From positions 14,627 to 78,626 of the forward strand of contig CAYTFH010000002.1 in assembly GCA_964437095.1 (NCBI GenBank): a stretch of 64,000 nt of DNA. The letters are read 5' to 3'. This DNA is from an uncultured bacterium (GTDB lineage: Bacteria; Sysuimicrobiota; Sysuimicrobiia; Sysuimicrobiales; Sysuimicrobiaceae). Below, one piece after another: positions 9,790-19,905 of the stretch (positions are counted from its first letter, which is position 1; every line of letters starts with the position of its first letter). The notes beneath the pieces were generated by a model. It was given only the letters and a program-made list of their open reading frames with translations. It was not told where the DNA came from and made no database searches. The position numbers and the translations under genes are program-made.

Positions 9790-10122
9790 TCAGGCGGCGA
9801 GTTCCACCGGGACCTTCTTGGGCAGCAACTTCTGCTCGACCGGGATCCGGATCTCCAGGATCCCGTCCCGCCACTGGGCCCGCGCCTGCGCGGCGTCCAG
9901 CCCGGCGGGAAGGGTCACGGTACGCTCAAACCGCCCGCTGGGAATGCCCAGGACCACCACGTCGTCCCGGGGCACGTCCAGCGCCTTCCGCTCCCCGCGG
10001 ACCGTGAGGGTGTTCGGGCCCACCCGGATGTCCACGGCCTTCGGGTCCACCCCGGCCAGGTCCAGGCGGACCACGAAGTGGCCGTCGGCGAAGTAGGCGT
10101 CCATGGCGGGCACGAACGCCAC
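9790..10122 (-). CDS. Hsp20/alpha-crystallin family small heat shock protein (short form)
   Basis: PAMDAYFADGHFVVRLDLAGVDPKAVDIRVGPNTLTVRGERK...WRDGILEIRIPV is an alpha-crystallin domain. The start is constrained by the upstream gene stop at 10152; the N-terminus is unusually short. Confidence 0.6.
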   Translation of the reverse strand: MAFVPAMDAYFADGHFVVRLDLAGVDPKAVDIRVGPNTLTVRGERKALDVPRDDVVVLGIPSGRFERTVTLPAGLDAAQARAQWRDGILEIRIPVEQKLLPKKVPVELAA

Positions 10123-10151
10123 GTCCGCGGTGCCGTGAAATGCCGGGCGGG

Positions 10152-11012
10152 TTATTCCCGCACCCTCCCGGGGCCCCGGGTGGGCGCGGGCCGCGGGGCG
10201 GGGGGCGTGTACGGGATGGGGGCGTACTCCACGGACGGCCTGCGGGGCCCGGCCTGGGGGTACAGGGCCATGAGGCGGTGGACCTCCTCGGGCATGTCCG
10301 TGCTCACCTTCAAGCCCAGCTCCCGGGCCTCCTCCACGGTGATGGGGTAGTCGTGGGTCCAGCGCCCGCAGCTGAGGGCTTCGGCCACGGCGTCCGCGCG
10401 CTCGGGGGGCATCTTGTCGGACAGCAGCTCCCGCACCGCGTGCCGCACCTGCCGCAGGGGCTTCTCCGCCACGTCCGCCAACATCACCGTCTGGTCGTCC
10501 ACCTCGTTGATGTTCTTCCGCTCCAGGACCTTGAGCACGGACGCCGCGGGGTACTGGCCCAGCTGCGGGTCCACGGGGCCCAGCCCCGCGTGGGGGTCCA
10601 TGACGATCTCGTCCGCGGCCAGGGCGATGAGGGTGCCGCCGGACATGGCGTAGTGGGGCACGAACACCGTGACCTTCCCCCGGTGGGCCTGCAGGGCCCT
10701 GGCGATCTGCTCCGCGGCCAGCACCAGCCCCCCAGGGGTGTGCAGGATGAGGTCGATGGGCATCTCCGGCGCGGTGAACCGCACCGCCCGCGGCACCGCC
10801 TCGGAGTCGTCGATGTCGATGTAGCGCACCAAGGGGAAGCCCAGCAGGCTCATGGTCTCCTGCCGGTGGATCATGGCGATGACCCGGGAGCCCCGGGCGC
10901 GCTCCAGCTGGTGGATCAGGCGCAGGCGGGCGGCCTCCAGCCACCGCCGCTGCAGGACCGGCTGCAGGGCGGAGGCGATGAAGAACAGCCACAGGATATC
11001 CAGAGCCGTCAC
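10152..11012 (-). CDS. SDH-family (ClpP-fold) serine protease
   Basis: LWLFFIASALQPVLQRRWLEAARLRLIHQLERARGSRVIAMIHRQE...PIDLILHTPGGLV matches the SDH/S49-like Clp-fold protease family. GTG start at 11012 after AGGAGGG. Confidence 0.65.
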   Translation of the reverse strand: MTALDILWLFFIASALQPVLQRRWLEAARLRLIHQLERARGSRVIAMIHRQETMSLLGFPLVRYIDIDDSEAVPRAVRFTAPEMPIDLILHTPGGLVLAAEQIARALQAHRGKVTVFVPHYAMSGGTLIALAADEIVMDPHAGLGPVDPQLGQYPAASVLKVLERKNINEVDDQTVMLADVAEKPLRQVRHAVRELLSDKMPPERADAVAEALSCGRWTHDYPITVEEARELGLKVSTDMPEEVHRLMALYPQAGPRRPSVEYAPIPYTPPAPRPAPTRGPGRVRE

Positions 11013-11023
11013 GGTCCCTCCTC

Positions 11024-11045
11024 TGTCAAGTCGCAGGACTTGACG
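11024..11045. promoter_or_regulatory. HAIR-like dyad in the divergent region between the SDH-protease/hsp20 operon and the PRC/BON gene
   Basis: TGTCAAG-tcgcagga-CTTGACG uses the same half-site as the hspR operator. It lies just upstream of the protease RBS. Confidence 0.45.
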
Positions 11046-11103
11046 GACCCCGGAGGGCCCCGCACACTGGAGGCGGGAGGAGTATACCGCGGAGGGCGGG
11101 AGG

Positions 11104-12537
11104 ATGAGCACGAGGGAGCGTTCCGCGCGGTTGGAGATCCATCCCGGAGCCGTGGTCCACGCCCCCGAGGGCGTGGCGGGCCGCGTAGCGGAGGTGGTGG
11201 TGAGCCCGCGGGAGCGCCGGGTGGTGGCCCTGGTGGTGGAGCTCGGCTCCGGCCGACCCGTGGTGGTGCCGGCGGAATCGGTGGAGGACGCCACGGAGGA
11301 GGCCGTGCGGGTGCGGGCCTCCGTGGCGGAGCTGGAGCGGCTGCCGGCCTGGCAGGCGGAGGCGCACGCGCCCGCGGCGCTGTCGTGGCCTGGGTGGAGG
11401 GCCCTGCGGCAGGGGGGTGCGTGGCTGCCCCTGCCGGGGTCGTTGCGGCGCATGGAGGGGCTGCAGCGGCAACTTTCGGGTCAAGCCGTAGTACGGCCGG
11501 AGGAGCCGTTCGCGATCATCCGGCGCGGGCAGCGGGTGGTGGCCAGCGACGGCGCCATCGGCCGCGTGGACCAAGTACTGGTGGACGCCGCCACGGGCCA
11601 GGTGAAGCACCTGGTGGTGCGTCAGGGGTTGCTGTTCTCCCGAGACGTGGCCGTCCCCGCGGACTGGGTGAGCACCATCGAGGACGGGGTGGTGGTGCTG
11701 GAGGCTTCCCGGGACGCGGTGGCGCGCCTGCCCGTGTGCCGGCCCGACGACGAGCTGGAGCGGGACGTGGAGGAAGCCCTGCAGCGGGAGGAGCTGTTGC
11801 GGGTCCTGGCGGTGCCCGTGCGGCCGGAGGTGGTCGACGGGGTGGTGCGGCTGCGGGGCCACGTGCACAGCCGGGCCCTGGCCGCGCGGGCGGAGGAGGT
11901 GGCGCGGTCGGTGCCGGGTGTGGTGGAGGTCTGCAACGAGCTGGTGGTGGACCACGAGCTGCTGCAACAGGTGGTGGCCTCCGTGCAGGCGGATCCGGCC
12001 ACCCGGCACCTGGCGGGATACTCCCTGCGGGTGCGGGACGGGGTGGTGGAGCTTACGGGCAGTGTGCCTTCCCTGGAGGCGGCGCGGGCCCTGGAGCGGG
12101 CCATCGCCCGGGTGCCCGGGGTGCGGGGGATCGCCAACCACATGACGGGCCTGGACGTCCCGCCCACGTGGCGGCAGGTGGTGCAGCCGGAAGTGGGCCG
12201 ACCAGTGTACGCCACGGACCAGGAGCTGGGCCGGGTGGAGGCGGTGGTGGTGGACCCCGACAACCGCCGGGTGCAGGCCGTGGTGGTGGCGGGCGAGTTC
12301 CCGGACGCGGGTGTGTTGCCCTTCGCCGCGGGACCCCTGTGGGAGCGCCGGGTGGTGATCCCCTTGGAGGACGTGGAGCGCGTAACCCCTGGGGGCGTGT
12401 TCCTGCGGGTTCACGCGGGTGAGGCCGCGGAGCGGCCGGACCTGCGCGAGGAGGACTACCCGCCCGCGCCGCCTTCATGGGTCCCGCCCTTCCCCTACGG
12501 GTCCGGGCAGGTCCGGTGGCCCGCGAAGACCGGATAG
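11104..12537 (+). CDS. stress protein with three PRC-barrel and two BON domains
   Basis: Repeated xVxAxDGxxGRVxxVxVDxxxxRVxxLVV PRC-barrel motifs (three copies) and BON-like VRLRGHVHSRALAARAEEVARSVPGVVEVCNELVV segments. Confidence 0.6.
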   Translation: MSTRERSARLEIHPGAVVHAPEGVAGRVAEVVVSPRERRVVALVVELGSGRPVVVPAESVEDATEEAVRVRASVAELERLPAWQAEAHAPAALSWPGWRALRQGGAWLPLPGSLRRMEGLQRQLSGQAVVRPEEPFAIIRRGQRVVASDGAIGRVDQVLVDAATGQVKHLVVRQGLLFSRDVAVPADWVSTIEDGVVVLEASRDAVARLPVCRPDDELERDVEEALQREELLRVLAVPVRPEVVDGVVRLRGHVHSRALAARAEEVARSVPGVVEVCNELVVDHELLQQVVASVQADPATRHLAGYSLRVRDGVVELTGSVPSLEAARALERAIARVPGVRGIANHMTGLDVPPTWRQVVQPEVGRPVYATDQELGRVEAVVVDPDNRRVQAVVVAGEFPDAGVLPFAAGPLWERRVVIPLEDVERVTPGGVFLRVHAGEAAERPDLREEDYPPAPPSWVPPFPYGSGQVRWPAKTG

Positions 12538-12543
12538 ATGCAC

Positions 12544-12584
12544 TGTCAAGAGACTTGACAATACCATTGTCAACCACGTAGCCT
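12544..12584 (+). promoter_or_regulatory. hspR-dnaK operon promoter with overlapping HAIR-like inverted repeats (putative HspR operator)
   Basis: TGTCAAG-aga-CTTGACA-atacca-TTGTCAA: CTTGACA-N7-TGTCAAC mirrors the HAIR consensus CTTGAGT-N7-ACTCAAG. -35 TTGACA (12555-12560), 18-nt spacer, -10-like TAGCCT (12579-12584). Confidence 0.6.
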
Positions 12585-12616
12585 GGGGTCGGAAGCTGGC
12601 AGCGAGGGATTGAGCC

Positions 12617-12937
12617 GTGGCGGAGCGGACCTACCGGCGGGACGAGGTGCCGGTGTACGTGATCAGCGTGGCCGCGGAGCTGGCGGGGGTGCACCCCCGC
12701 ACCCTCCGGATCTACGAGGCCAAGGGGCTGATCCGGCCCGCCCGGCGGAAGCACATCCGGCTGTTCAGCGAGCGGGACGTGCAGCGGGTGCGGCTGATCC
12801 AGTACCTGACCCAGGAGGTGGGGCTGAACCTGGCGGGGGTGCGGCTGTTCCTGGAGATCCAGGAACGCCACGAGGAGGTGGCGCAGTGGTTGCTGGAGCT
12901 TTGCGACACCCAAACGGAAAGGAGGGAGCGGCGATGA
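12617..12937 (+). CDS. hspR: MerR-family heat-shock transcriptional repressor HspR-like
   Basis: [52 protein letters not shown] is a MerR HTH. The gene is first in the dnaK operon and an HAIR-like dyad lies upstream. Confidence 0.8.
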   Translation: MAERTYRRDEVPVYVISVAAELAGVHPRTLRIYEAKGLIRPARRKHIRLFSERDVQRVRLIQYLTQEVGLNLAGVRLFLEIQERHEEVAQWLLELCDTQTERRERR

Positions 12938-13386
12938 GCATCCTGCGGTGGGACCCCTTCGAGGAGCTGCGGGAGATGCAGCGGTCCTTGGACCGCCTGT
13001 TCGACGAGTTGTCGGGCCGGCGGCCGCTGCGGCGTCGGGAGGCGCGGGAGCCCGTGGTGTGGGAGCCCGCGGTGGAGGTGTACGAGACGGACCAGGAGGT
13101 GGTGGTCCGGGCGGAGCTGCCCGGCGTGGACCCTAAGAACGTGAACGTGACCGTGCAGGACAACACCGTGACCATCGAGGCGGAGGCCAAGGAGGAGCAG
13201 GAGGAGCGGGGTCGCACCTACCTGCGCCGGGAGCTGCGCTACGGCCAGTTCTGCCGGAGCCTGACGCTGCCCGCGGAGGTGCGGGCGGACGCGGCCAAGG
13301 CCACCTACCGCAACGGTGTGCTGGAGCTGCGCGTGCCCAAGAGCGAGCGCGCGAAGCCCAAGCAGGTGAAGGTGGAGGTGAGCTGA
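12934..13386 (+). CDS. Hsp20/alpha-crystallin family small heat shock protein
   Basis: [25 protein letters not shown]...[32 protein letters not shown]...LELRVPK. ATG overlaps the hspR stop (ATGA) and follows GGAGGGAG. Confidence 0.9.
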   Translation: MSILRWDPFEELREMQRSLDRLFDELSGRRPLRRREAREPVVWEPAVEVYETDQEVVVRAELPGVDPKNVNVTVQDNTVTIEAEAKEEQEERGRTYLRRELRYGQFCRSLTLPAEVRADAAKATYRNGVLELRVPKSERAKPKQVKVEVS

Positions 13387-13393
13387 CCAAGCA

Positions 13394-13426
13394 CGCGGGG
13401 CGGCCCCGCCGCGGGGCCGCCCCGCG
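13394..13426 (+). other. perfect 31-33 nt GC palindrome (stable hairpin) between hsp20 and dnaK, no U tract
   Basis: GCGGGGCGGCCCCGC-C-GCGGGGCCGCCCCGC is exactly self-complementary (stem of about 15 bp) and is followed by GAGGGAGGGAG (the dnaK RBS). Confidence 0.7.
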
Positions 13427-13440
13427 AGGGAGGGAGTGAC

Positions 13441-15324
13441 ATGGGCAGGGTTGTCGGCATCGATCTGGGTACCACCAACTCGGTCATCGCGGCCATGGTG
13501 GGTGGAGAGCCCGTGGTGATCCCCAACCGGGAGGGCAGCCGCCTCACCCCGTCCGTGGTGGCCTTCACCAAGACCGGGGAGCGCCTGGTGGGGCAGATGG
13601 CCAAGCGGCAGGCCATCCTCAACCCCGAGAACACCATCTACTCCATCAAGCGCTTCATGGGGCGCCGCTTCCACGAGGTGGAGACGGAGCGGAAGATGGT
13701 GCCCTACAAGGTGGTGGAGGGCCAGCACGGCATGGCGGTGGTGGACATCCCCGCCGCGGGCCGCACCTTCACCCCTGAGGAGATCTCCGCCATGATCCTC
13801 CAGAAGCTGAAGGAGGACGCGGAGGCTTACCTGGGGGAGAAGGTGGAGGCGGCGGTGATCACCGTGCCCGCGTACTTCAACGACGCCCAGCGCACCGCCA
13901 CCAAGAACGCGGGGGAGATCGCGGGGCTCAAGGTGTTGCGGATCATCAACGAGCCCACCGCCGCCTGCCTGGCCTACGGGCTGGACAAGAAGGGCTCGGA
14001 GACGGTGCTGGTGTGGGACCTGGGAGGCGGGACCTTCGACGTCTCCGTCCTGGAGATCGGGGAAGGGGTGTTCCAGGTGCGGGCCACCGCGGGGGACACC
14101 CACCTGGGCGGGGACGACTGGGACGAGCGCATCGTGAACTGGCTGGCGGAGGAGTTCCGCAAGCAGCACGGCATCGACCTCCGCCAGGACCGGCAGGCCC
14201 TGCAGCGGCTGCGGGAGGCCGCGGAGCGGGCCAAGATCGAGCTCAGCGCCATGGTGCAGACCACCATCAACCTGCCCTTCATCACCGCGGACGCCACGGG
14301 GCCCAAGCACCTGGACATGGTGCTCACTCGGGCCAAGTTCGAGGAGCTCACCGCGGACCTGGTGGAGCGGTGCATCGGGCCCTTCCGTCAGGCCCTGCAG
14401 GACGCCAAGCTCAGCGAGCGGGACCTGCACGAGGTCATCCTGGTGGGCGGCAGCACCCGCATGCCCATGATCCAGGAGCTGGTGCGCCGGCTCACGGGGA
14501 AGGAGCCCAACAAGGAGGTCCACCCGGACGAGGTGGTGGCCGTGGGCGCGGCCATCCAGGCGGGGGTGCTGGCGGGTGAGGTGCGGGACGTGGTGCTCCT
14601 GGACGTCACCCCCCTGTCCCTGGGCATCGAGACCCTGGGCGGGGTCATGACGGTCCTCATCCCGCGGAACACCACCATCCCCACCCGGAAGAGCGAGACC
14701 TTCACCACCGCGGAGGACGGCCAGACCCAGGTGGAGATCCACGTGCTGCAGGGCGAGCGGCCCATGGCCCGGGACAACCGCACCCTGGGCCGGTTCATCC
14801 TGGACGGCATCCCGCCCGCGCCGCGGGGGGTGCCCAAGATCGAGGTCACCTTCGACATCGACGCCAACGGCATCCTGGCGGTGTCCGCCAAGGACCTGGC
14901 CACGGGCCGCGAGCAGTCCATCAAGATCACCGGCACCTCCACCCTCACCCGGGAGGAGGTGGAGCGGATGATCAAGGAGGCGGAGGCCCACGCGGAGGAG
15001 GACCGCCGCAAGCGCGAAGAGGCGGAGATCCTCAACCGCGGGGACAGCCTGGCCTACCAGACGGAGCGGCTGCTGCGGGACCAGGCCAAGGGCGTGTCGG
15101 AAGCCGAGCGGCGGGAGCTGGAGCAGAAGGTGGCGGAGCTCCGGCAGGCGGTGCAGGCCCGGGACGTCCAGCGGGTGCGGCAGCTGTCGGAGGAGGTGCA
15201 GCGCCTCACCTACAAGCTCAGTGAGCTGCTGTACCGCGGTGCGGCCAGTGGGGCCAGCACCGGCGGCGGTCAGAGCAAGGGGGACGGGGAGGTCATCGAC
15301 GCGGACTACAAGCCCAGCGACTAG
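13441..15324 (+). CDS. dnaK: molecular chaperone DnaK (Hsp70)
   Basis: [25 protein letters not shown] and [12 protein letters not shown] Hsp70 signatures; 627 aa. Confidence 0.97.
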   Translation: MGRVVGIDLGTTNSVIAAMVGGEPVVIPNREGSRLTPSVVAFTKTGERLVGQMAKRQAILNPENTIYSIKRFMGRRFHEVETERKMVPYKVVEGQHGMAVVDIPAAGRTFTPEEISAMILQKLKEDAEAYLGEKVEAAVITVPAYFNDAQRTATKNAGEIAGLKVLRIINEPTAACLAYGLDKKGSETVLVWDLGGGTFDVSVLEIGEGVFQVRATAGDTHLGGDDWDERIVNWLAEEFRKQHGIDLRQDRQALQRLREAAERAKIELSAMVQTTINLPFITADATGPKHLDMVLTRAKFEELTADLVERCIGPFRQALQDAKLSERDLHEVILVGGSTRMPMIQELVRRLTGKEPNKEVHPDEVVAVGAAIQAGVLAGEVRDVVLLDVTPLSLGIETLGGVMTVLIPRNTTIPTRKSETFTTAEDGQTQVEIHVLQGERPMARDNRTLGRFILDGIPPAPRGVPKIEVTFDIDANGILAVSAKDLATGREQSIKITGTSTLTREEVERMIKEAEAHAEEDRRKREEAEILNRGDSLAYQTERLLRDQAKGVSEAERRELEQKVAELRQAVQARDVQRVRQLSEEVQRLTYKLSELLYRGAASGASTGGGQSKGDGEVIDADYKPSD

Positions 15325-15342
15325 CTGGGGAGGTCACGGGCC

Positions 15343-15948
15343 ATGTGGGAGGAGCGTCCGGAGCGGGAAGGCACCGAGCCGGAAGCCGCAGGGCAGGCCA
15401 CTCCCGCGGAGGCCGAGGCTCCGGAGCAGGCCGCCGCGGAGCCGCAGCCCGTGGTGGTGACCCAGGAGGAGCTGGCGGCCCTCCGGGAGGAGGTGGAGCG
15501 CTACCGCCAGGAGGCGGAGCGCAACTGGCAGCAGTTCCTGCACGCGGCCGCGGACCTGGAGAACTACAAGAAGGCCGCGGCCCGCATGCAGCAGGACGCG
15601 GTGGACCGCACCCGGCGGCAGATGCTGTTGGTGCTCCTCGGGGCGGTGGACGACCTGGAGCGGGCCATCGCCTACGCGGAGCGCGGGGCGGAGCACGAGG
15701 CCGTGGCGGGGATCCTGGAGGGTCTGCGCATCACCCACCGGTCCCTGCTGGACCAGCTCCGGGCCCTGGGCGTGGAGCGCATGGAGGTGGCGGGCGAGCG
15801 GTTCGACCCCGCCCACCACGAGGCGGTGGAGGTGACCCCCGCGGAGGAGGCGGGGGTGGAGCCGGGCACGGTGCTGGAGGCCGTGCAGCCCGGCTACGTC
15901 CTGGACGGTCGGGTCCTGCGCCCCGCACGGGTGCGGGTGGCCCAGTGA
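15343..15948 (+). CDS. grpE: nucleotide exchange factor GrpE
   Basis: Coiled-coil N-terminus followed by the GrpE C-terminal domain (FDPAHHEAVEV...VLEAVQPGYVLDGRVLRPARVRV). Confidence 0.9.
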   Translation: MWEERPEREGTEPEAAGQATPAEAEAPEQAAAEPQPVVVTQEELAALREEVERYRQEAERNWQQFLHAAADLENYKKAAARMQQDAVDRTRRQMLLVLLGAVDDLERAIAYAERGAEHEAVAGILEGLRITHRSLLDQLRALGVERMEVAGERFDPAHHEAVEVTPAEEAGVEPGTVLEAVQPGYVLDGRVLRPARVRVAQ

Positions 15949-15975
15949 CGGTGCGGGCGGGCCGGTGAGGGAGCC

Positions 15976-16875
15976 ATGGAGTTCAAGGACTACTACCGGA
16001 TCCTGGGGGTGGATCGCAAGGCCGACAGCAAGGCCATCGGGGAGGCTTTCCGTCGGCTCGCCCGGCAGTACCACCCGGACGTGAACAAGGACCCCCAGGC
16101 CGCGGAGAAGTTCAAGGAGATCAACGAGGCCTACCAGGTCCTCAGCGACCCGGAAAAGCGCGCCCGCTACGACCAGATGCTGGAGCTGCGGGAGCGCGGG
16201 ATGCCCTGGGAGCAGGTGTTCACCCGACCGGGGACGGGCCGCACCGCGGAGTGGACGTGGTTCGGGGAGCCCCAGGATTTGTTCGGCGGGTTCTCCGACT
16301 TCTTCCGCCGGTTCTTCGCAGACCTGGGAGGCCCCTTCGAGGCGGAAGGGCTGTGGGGCCAGCAGCCCCTCACCGCCACCGCGGAGATCAGCCTGGAGGA
16401 GGCCTTCCGCGGCACCGAGCGGGAGCTGGTGGTGCGCAACGGGTTCCCGCGGCGCGTAACGGTGCGGATCCCACCCGGGGTCCACACAGGCCAGAAGGTG
16501 CGGGTGCGGGGTGCGGGCGGGGACGTGTACGTGGAAGTCCGGGTGCAGCCCCACCCGGTGTTCTCCCGGGAGGGCGACGACCTGGTGTGCGAGATCCCCA
16601 TCTGCCTCACGGAGGCCCTGCTGGGCGCGGAGATCGAGGTCCCCACCCTGGAGGGCAAGGTGAAGGTGCGGGTCCCGCCCGAGACCCAGCAGGGGCAGGT
16701 GTTGAGGCTGCGGGGCCTGGGGATGCCGAAGCTGCGGGGCTCCGGGCGCGGGGACCTGCTGGTCCGGCTGCGGGTGGTGCTGCCGCGGGGGTTGAGCGTG
16801 GAGGAGCGGCGGTTGGTGGAGCAGCTGGCCAAGCTCCGGCGCGAGAACCCGCGGGCTGCCATGGGGCTCAAGTAA
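15976..16875 (+). CDS. DnaJ-class co-chaperone without zinc finger (CbpA-like)
   Basis: [35 protein letters not shown]...[20 protein letters not shown] domain plus C-terminal DnaJ substrate-binding domains. No CxxCxGxG repeats. Confidence 0.85.
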   Translation: MEFKDYYRILGVDRKADSKAIGEAFRRLARQYHPDVNKDPQAAEKFKEINEAYQVLSDPEKRARYDQMLELRERGMPWEQVFTRPGTGRTAEWTWFGEPQDLFGGFSDFFRRFFADLGGPFEAEGLWGQQPLTATAEISLEEAFRGTERELVVRNGFPRRVTVRIPPGVHTGQKVRVRGAGGDVYVEVRVQPHPVFSREGDDLVCEIPICLTEALLGAEIEVPTLEGKVKVRVPPETQQGQVLRLRGLGMPKLRGSGRGDLLVRLRVVLPRGLSVEERRLVEQLAKLRRENPRAAMGLK

Positions 16876-16898
16876 GGCGTGGAATGGGGAGGAGACCG

Positions 16899-19505
16899 AT
16901 GCGGTGGGACAAGCTGACGGAGAAGTCGCAGGAAGCCCTGGCGCGGGCCCAGGAGCTGGCCCGGGAGCGCGGCCACCCGCAGGTGGACACCGAGCACCTG
17001 CTGGCGGCCCTCCTGGACCAGGCGGACGGGGTGGTCCCGCAGGTGCTGCAGAAGGCGGGGGCGTCCGTGGCCCGCATCCGCCAGCAGGTGGGCCAGGCCC
17101 TGGCGGCCCTGCCCCAGGTGCACGGTGCGGCGGAGCTGTACGTGGCCCCGGGCCTGCGGCGTGTGTGGGACGCGGCGGAGCAGGAAGCCCAGCGGATGCA
17201 GGACGAGTACACCAGCACGGAGCACTTCCTCCTGGCCATGGCCGACGCCCCCCAGACGGGCGCCGGCCGGGTGCTGCAGCAGAACGGGGTCACCAAGGAG
17301 GCGGTGCTGCGGGCCCTGTCGGAGGTCCGGGGTTGGGTGCGGGTCACCGACCCCCGGCCGGAGGCCAAGTACCAGGTCCTGGAGCGCTACGGCCGGGACC
17401 TCACGGAGCTGGCGCGGGCCGGCAAGCTGGACCCCGTGATCGGGCGGGACGAGGAGATCCGGCGGGTGATCCACGTCCTCAGCCGCCGCACCAAGAACAA
17501 CCCCGTGCTCATCGGCGAGCCGGGGGTGGGCAAGACGGCCATCGTGGAGGGGCTGGCGCAGCGGATCGTGCGCGGGGACGTGCCCGAGCAGCTGAAGCAC
17601 AAGCGGGTCTTCCAGCTGGACATGGGGGCGTTGGTGGCGGGGACCAAGTACCGGGGCGAGTTCGAGGAGCGGCTGAAGGCGGTCCTCAAGGAGATCGCGG
17701 ACAGCCACGGGGAGATCATCCTGTTCATCGACGAGATCCACACCGTGGTGGGCGCGGGGGCCGCGGAGGGGGCCGCCATGGACGCCGCCAACATCCTCAA
17801 GCCCATGCTGGCCCGGGGGGAGCTGCACTGCATCGGCGCCACCACCCTGGACGAGTACCGCAAGCACATCGAGAAGGACCCGGCCCTGGAGCGCCGGTTC
17901 CAGCCCGTGTACGTGGGCGAGCCGTCGGTGGAGGATACCATCTCCATCCTCCGGGGCCTCAAGGAGAAGTACGAGGTCCACCACGGGGTGCGGATCACGG
18001 ACGCCGCGGTGATCGCCGCCGCCACCCTGTCCAGCCGCTACATCAGCGACCGCTTCCTGCCCGACAAGGCCATCGACCTCATCGACGAGGCCGCGGCCAA
18101 GCTCCGCATGGAGATCGACAGCAAACCCGCGGAGCTGGACGAGATCGACCGCCGCATCATGCAGCTGGAGATCGAACGCGAGGCGCTGCGCAGGGAGACC
18201 GATCCCGCCGCCCAGGAGCGGCTGGCGAAGCTGGAGCAGGAGCTGGAGCGGCTGCTCCGGGACAGCGAGGCCCTGCGGCAGCGGTGGGACCGGGAGAAGC
18301 AGATCGTCCAGCGGATCCGGCAGATCAAGGCGGACATCGACCGCACCAAGGTGGAGCTGGAGCAGGCGGAGCGGGTGGCGGACCTGGAGCGGGCGGCCCG
18401 GTTGCGGTACGGGACCCTGCCCGAGCTGCACAAGCAGCTGGGCGCGGCCGAGGCGGAGCTGCGGGCCCTGGGCCCGCACCGCCTGCTGAAGGAGGAGGTG
18501 GACGCGGAGGACATCGCGGAGGTGGTGAGCAAGTGGACCGGCATCCCGGTGACCAAGCTGCTGGAGGGCGAGATGCAGAAGCTCCTGCAGCTGGAGGACC
18601 GGCTCCACCAGCGGGTGGTGGGGCAGGACGAGGCGGTCCAGGCGGTGGCGGACGCCATCCGCCGGGCTCGGGCGGGGCTGAAGGACCCCAAGCGGCCCAT
18701 CGGCGCCTTCCTGTTCCTGGGCCCCACGGGGGTGGGCAAGACGGAGCTGGCCCGCGCCCTGGCGGAGGTGCTGTTCGACTCCGAGGACGCCATGGTGCGC
18801 ATCGACATGTCCGAGTACCAGGAGAAGCACACGGTCTCCCGGCTGGTGGGCGCGCCTCCCGGCTACGTGGGCTACGAGGAGGGCGGGCAGCTCACGGAGG
18901 CCGTGCGGCGCCGGCCCTACCGGGTGGTGCTGTTCGATGAGGTGGAGAAGGCGCACCCGGACGTGCTCAACGTGCTCCTGCAGGTGATGGAGGACGGGCG
19001 GCTCACGGACGCCCAGGGCCGCACCGTGGACTTCAAGAACACCGTCCTCATCCTCACCAGCAACGTGGGCAGCCAGCACCTCCAGCACCTGGACCCCGAG
19101 GACCCCGCGGCCTTCGAGCTGGCCAAGGTGTACGTGCTGGACGAGCTGCGCCGGACCTTCCGGCCGGAGTTCCTCAACCGCCTGGACGAGATCATCGTGT
19201 TCCGGCCCCTGTCCCGGGCCCAGCTGGAGCGCATCGTAGACCTGCAGCTGGCGTACCTGGAGCGGCGGCTGGCGGACCTGAAGATCCGGGTGGAGGTGAC
19301 CCCGGAGGCGCGGGAGTGGGTGGCCCGGGAGGGCTACAGCCCCGACTACGGTGCGCGGCCCCTGCGGCGCCTGATCCAGCGGACGGTGGAGAACACGCTG
19401 AGCCGCATGGTCCTGCGGGGCGAGCTGCGGGAAGGAGACGTGGCCGTGGTCACGGTGCGCGGCGGGGCTATCGCCGTGGAACGCCAACAGCCCGTGCCCG
19501 CGTGA
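16899..19505 (+). CDS. clpB: ATP-dependent chaperone ClpB
   Basis: Two AAA+ modules ([16 protein letters not shown]) with a long middle coiled-coil domain; 868 aa. ATG follows GGGGAGGAG. Confidence 0.95.
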   Translation: MRWDKLTEKSQEALARAQELARERGHPQVDTEHLLAALLDQADGVVPQVLQKAGASVARIRQQVGQALAALPQVHGAAELYVAPGLRRVWDAAEQEAQRMQDEYTSTEHFLLAMADAPQTGAGRVLQQNGVTKEAVLRALSEVRGWVRVTDPRPEAKYQVLERYGRDLTELARAGKLDPVIGRDEEIRRVIHVLSRRTKNNPVLIGEPGVGKTAIVEGLAQRIVRGDVPEQLKHKRVFQLDMGALVAGTKYRGEFEERLKAVLKEIADSHGEIILFIDEIHTVVGAGAAEGAAMDAANILKPMLARGELHCIGATTLDEYRKHIEKDPALERRFQPVYVGEPSVEDTISILRGLKEKYEVHHGVRITDAAVIAAATLSSRYISDRFLPDKAIDLIDEAAAKLRMEIDSKPAELDEIDRRIMQLEIEREALRRETDPAAQERLAKLEQELERLLRDSEALRQRWDREKQIVQRIRQIKADIDRTKVELEQAERVADLERAARLRYGTLPELHKQLGAAEAELRALGPHRLLKEEVDAEDIAEVVSKWTGIPVTKLLEGEMQKLLQLEDRLHQRVVGQDEAVQAVADAIRRARAGLKDPKRPIGAFLFLGPTGVGKTELARALAEVLFDSEDAMVRIDMSEYQEKHTVSRLVGAPPGYVGYEEGGQLTEAVRRRPYRVVLFDEVEKAHPDVLNVLLQVMEDGRLTDAQGRTVDFKNTVLILTSNVGSQHLQHLDPEDPAAFELAKVYVLDELRRTFRPEFLNRLDEIIVFRPLSRAQLERIVDLQLAYLERRLADLKIRVEVTPEAREWVAREGYSPDYGARPLRRLIQRTVENTLSRMVLRGELREGDVAVVTVRGGAIAVERQQPVPA

Positions 19506-19518
19506 GCCCCGGGGCTGC

Positions 19519-19905
19519 TCAGCCGTACCCGAGCTCCTCCAGGCGGTCCTCGTCCAGGCCGAAGTAGTGGCCCAGCTCGTGCAGCACGGTCCTGCGGATC
19601 TCCTCCCGCAGGCCGTCCTCGCTGTCGTAGGCGTCCTCCAGGGGCCCCTGGAAGAGGGTGATGCGGTCCGGCAGCAGGGGAGGCTCGATGCCGCGCTCCG
19701 GCAGGGGTGTGCCCTCGTACAGGCCGAACAGCACCCCGTCCTCGGGCAGGCCCACGGACGCCAGCTGTTCGGGGGTGGGCCAGTCCTCCACCACCACGTG
19801 CACGTTCTGGAGGGCGCGGCGGAACGGCTCGGGCACCTCCGCCAGGGCCTCTTCCACCAGTCGCCGGAAGCGCCTGCGGCTGAGGCGCACGGTGACCCCC
19901 TTCAC
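19519..19905 (-). CDS. small zinc metallopeptidase-like protein (minimal MMP-like family)
   Basis: HELGHYFG HExxH motif in a 128-aa protein. Confidence 0.55.
   Translation of the reverse strand: MKGVTVRLSRRRFRRLVEEALAEVPEPFRRALQNVHVVVEDWPTPEQLASVGLPEDGVLFGLYEGTPLPERGIEPPLLPDRITLFQGPLEDAYDSEDGLREEIRRTVLHELGHYFGLDEDRLEELGYG

Noticed and set aside
10123-10992. An N-terminal extension of the Hsp20 ORF (9790-10992, 400 aa).
   Set aside because: The extension lies entirely inside the SDH-protease gene in another frame and is low complexity. The Hsp20 must start downstream of the protease stop (10152).
16167-19487. A 1106-aa antisense ORF opposite clpB, and many other long antisense or alternative-frame ORFs (e.g. 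66-1607, 2550-3668, 3714-4877, 5040-6026, 10140-12422, 22424-24334, 55022-58159).
   Set aside because: These are typical high-GC artefacts, with R/G/P/A-rich low-complexity translations and no domain signatures. Each overlaps a confidently identified gene on the other strand or frame.
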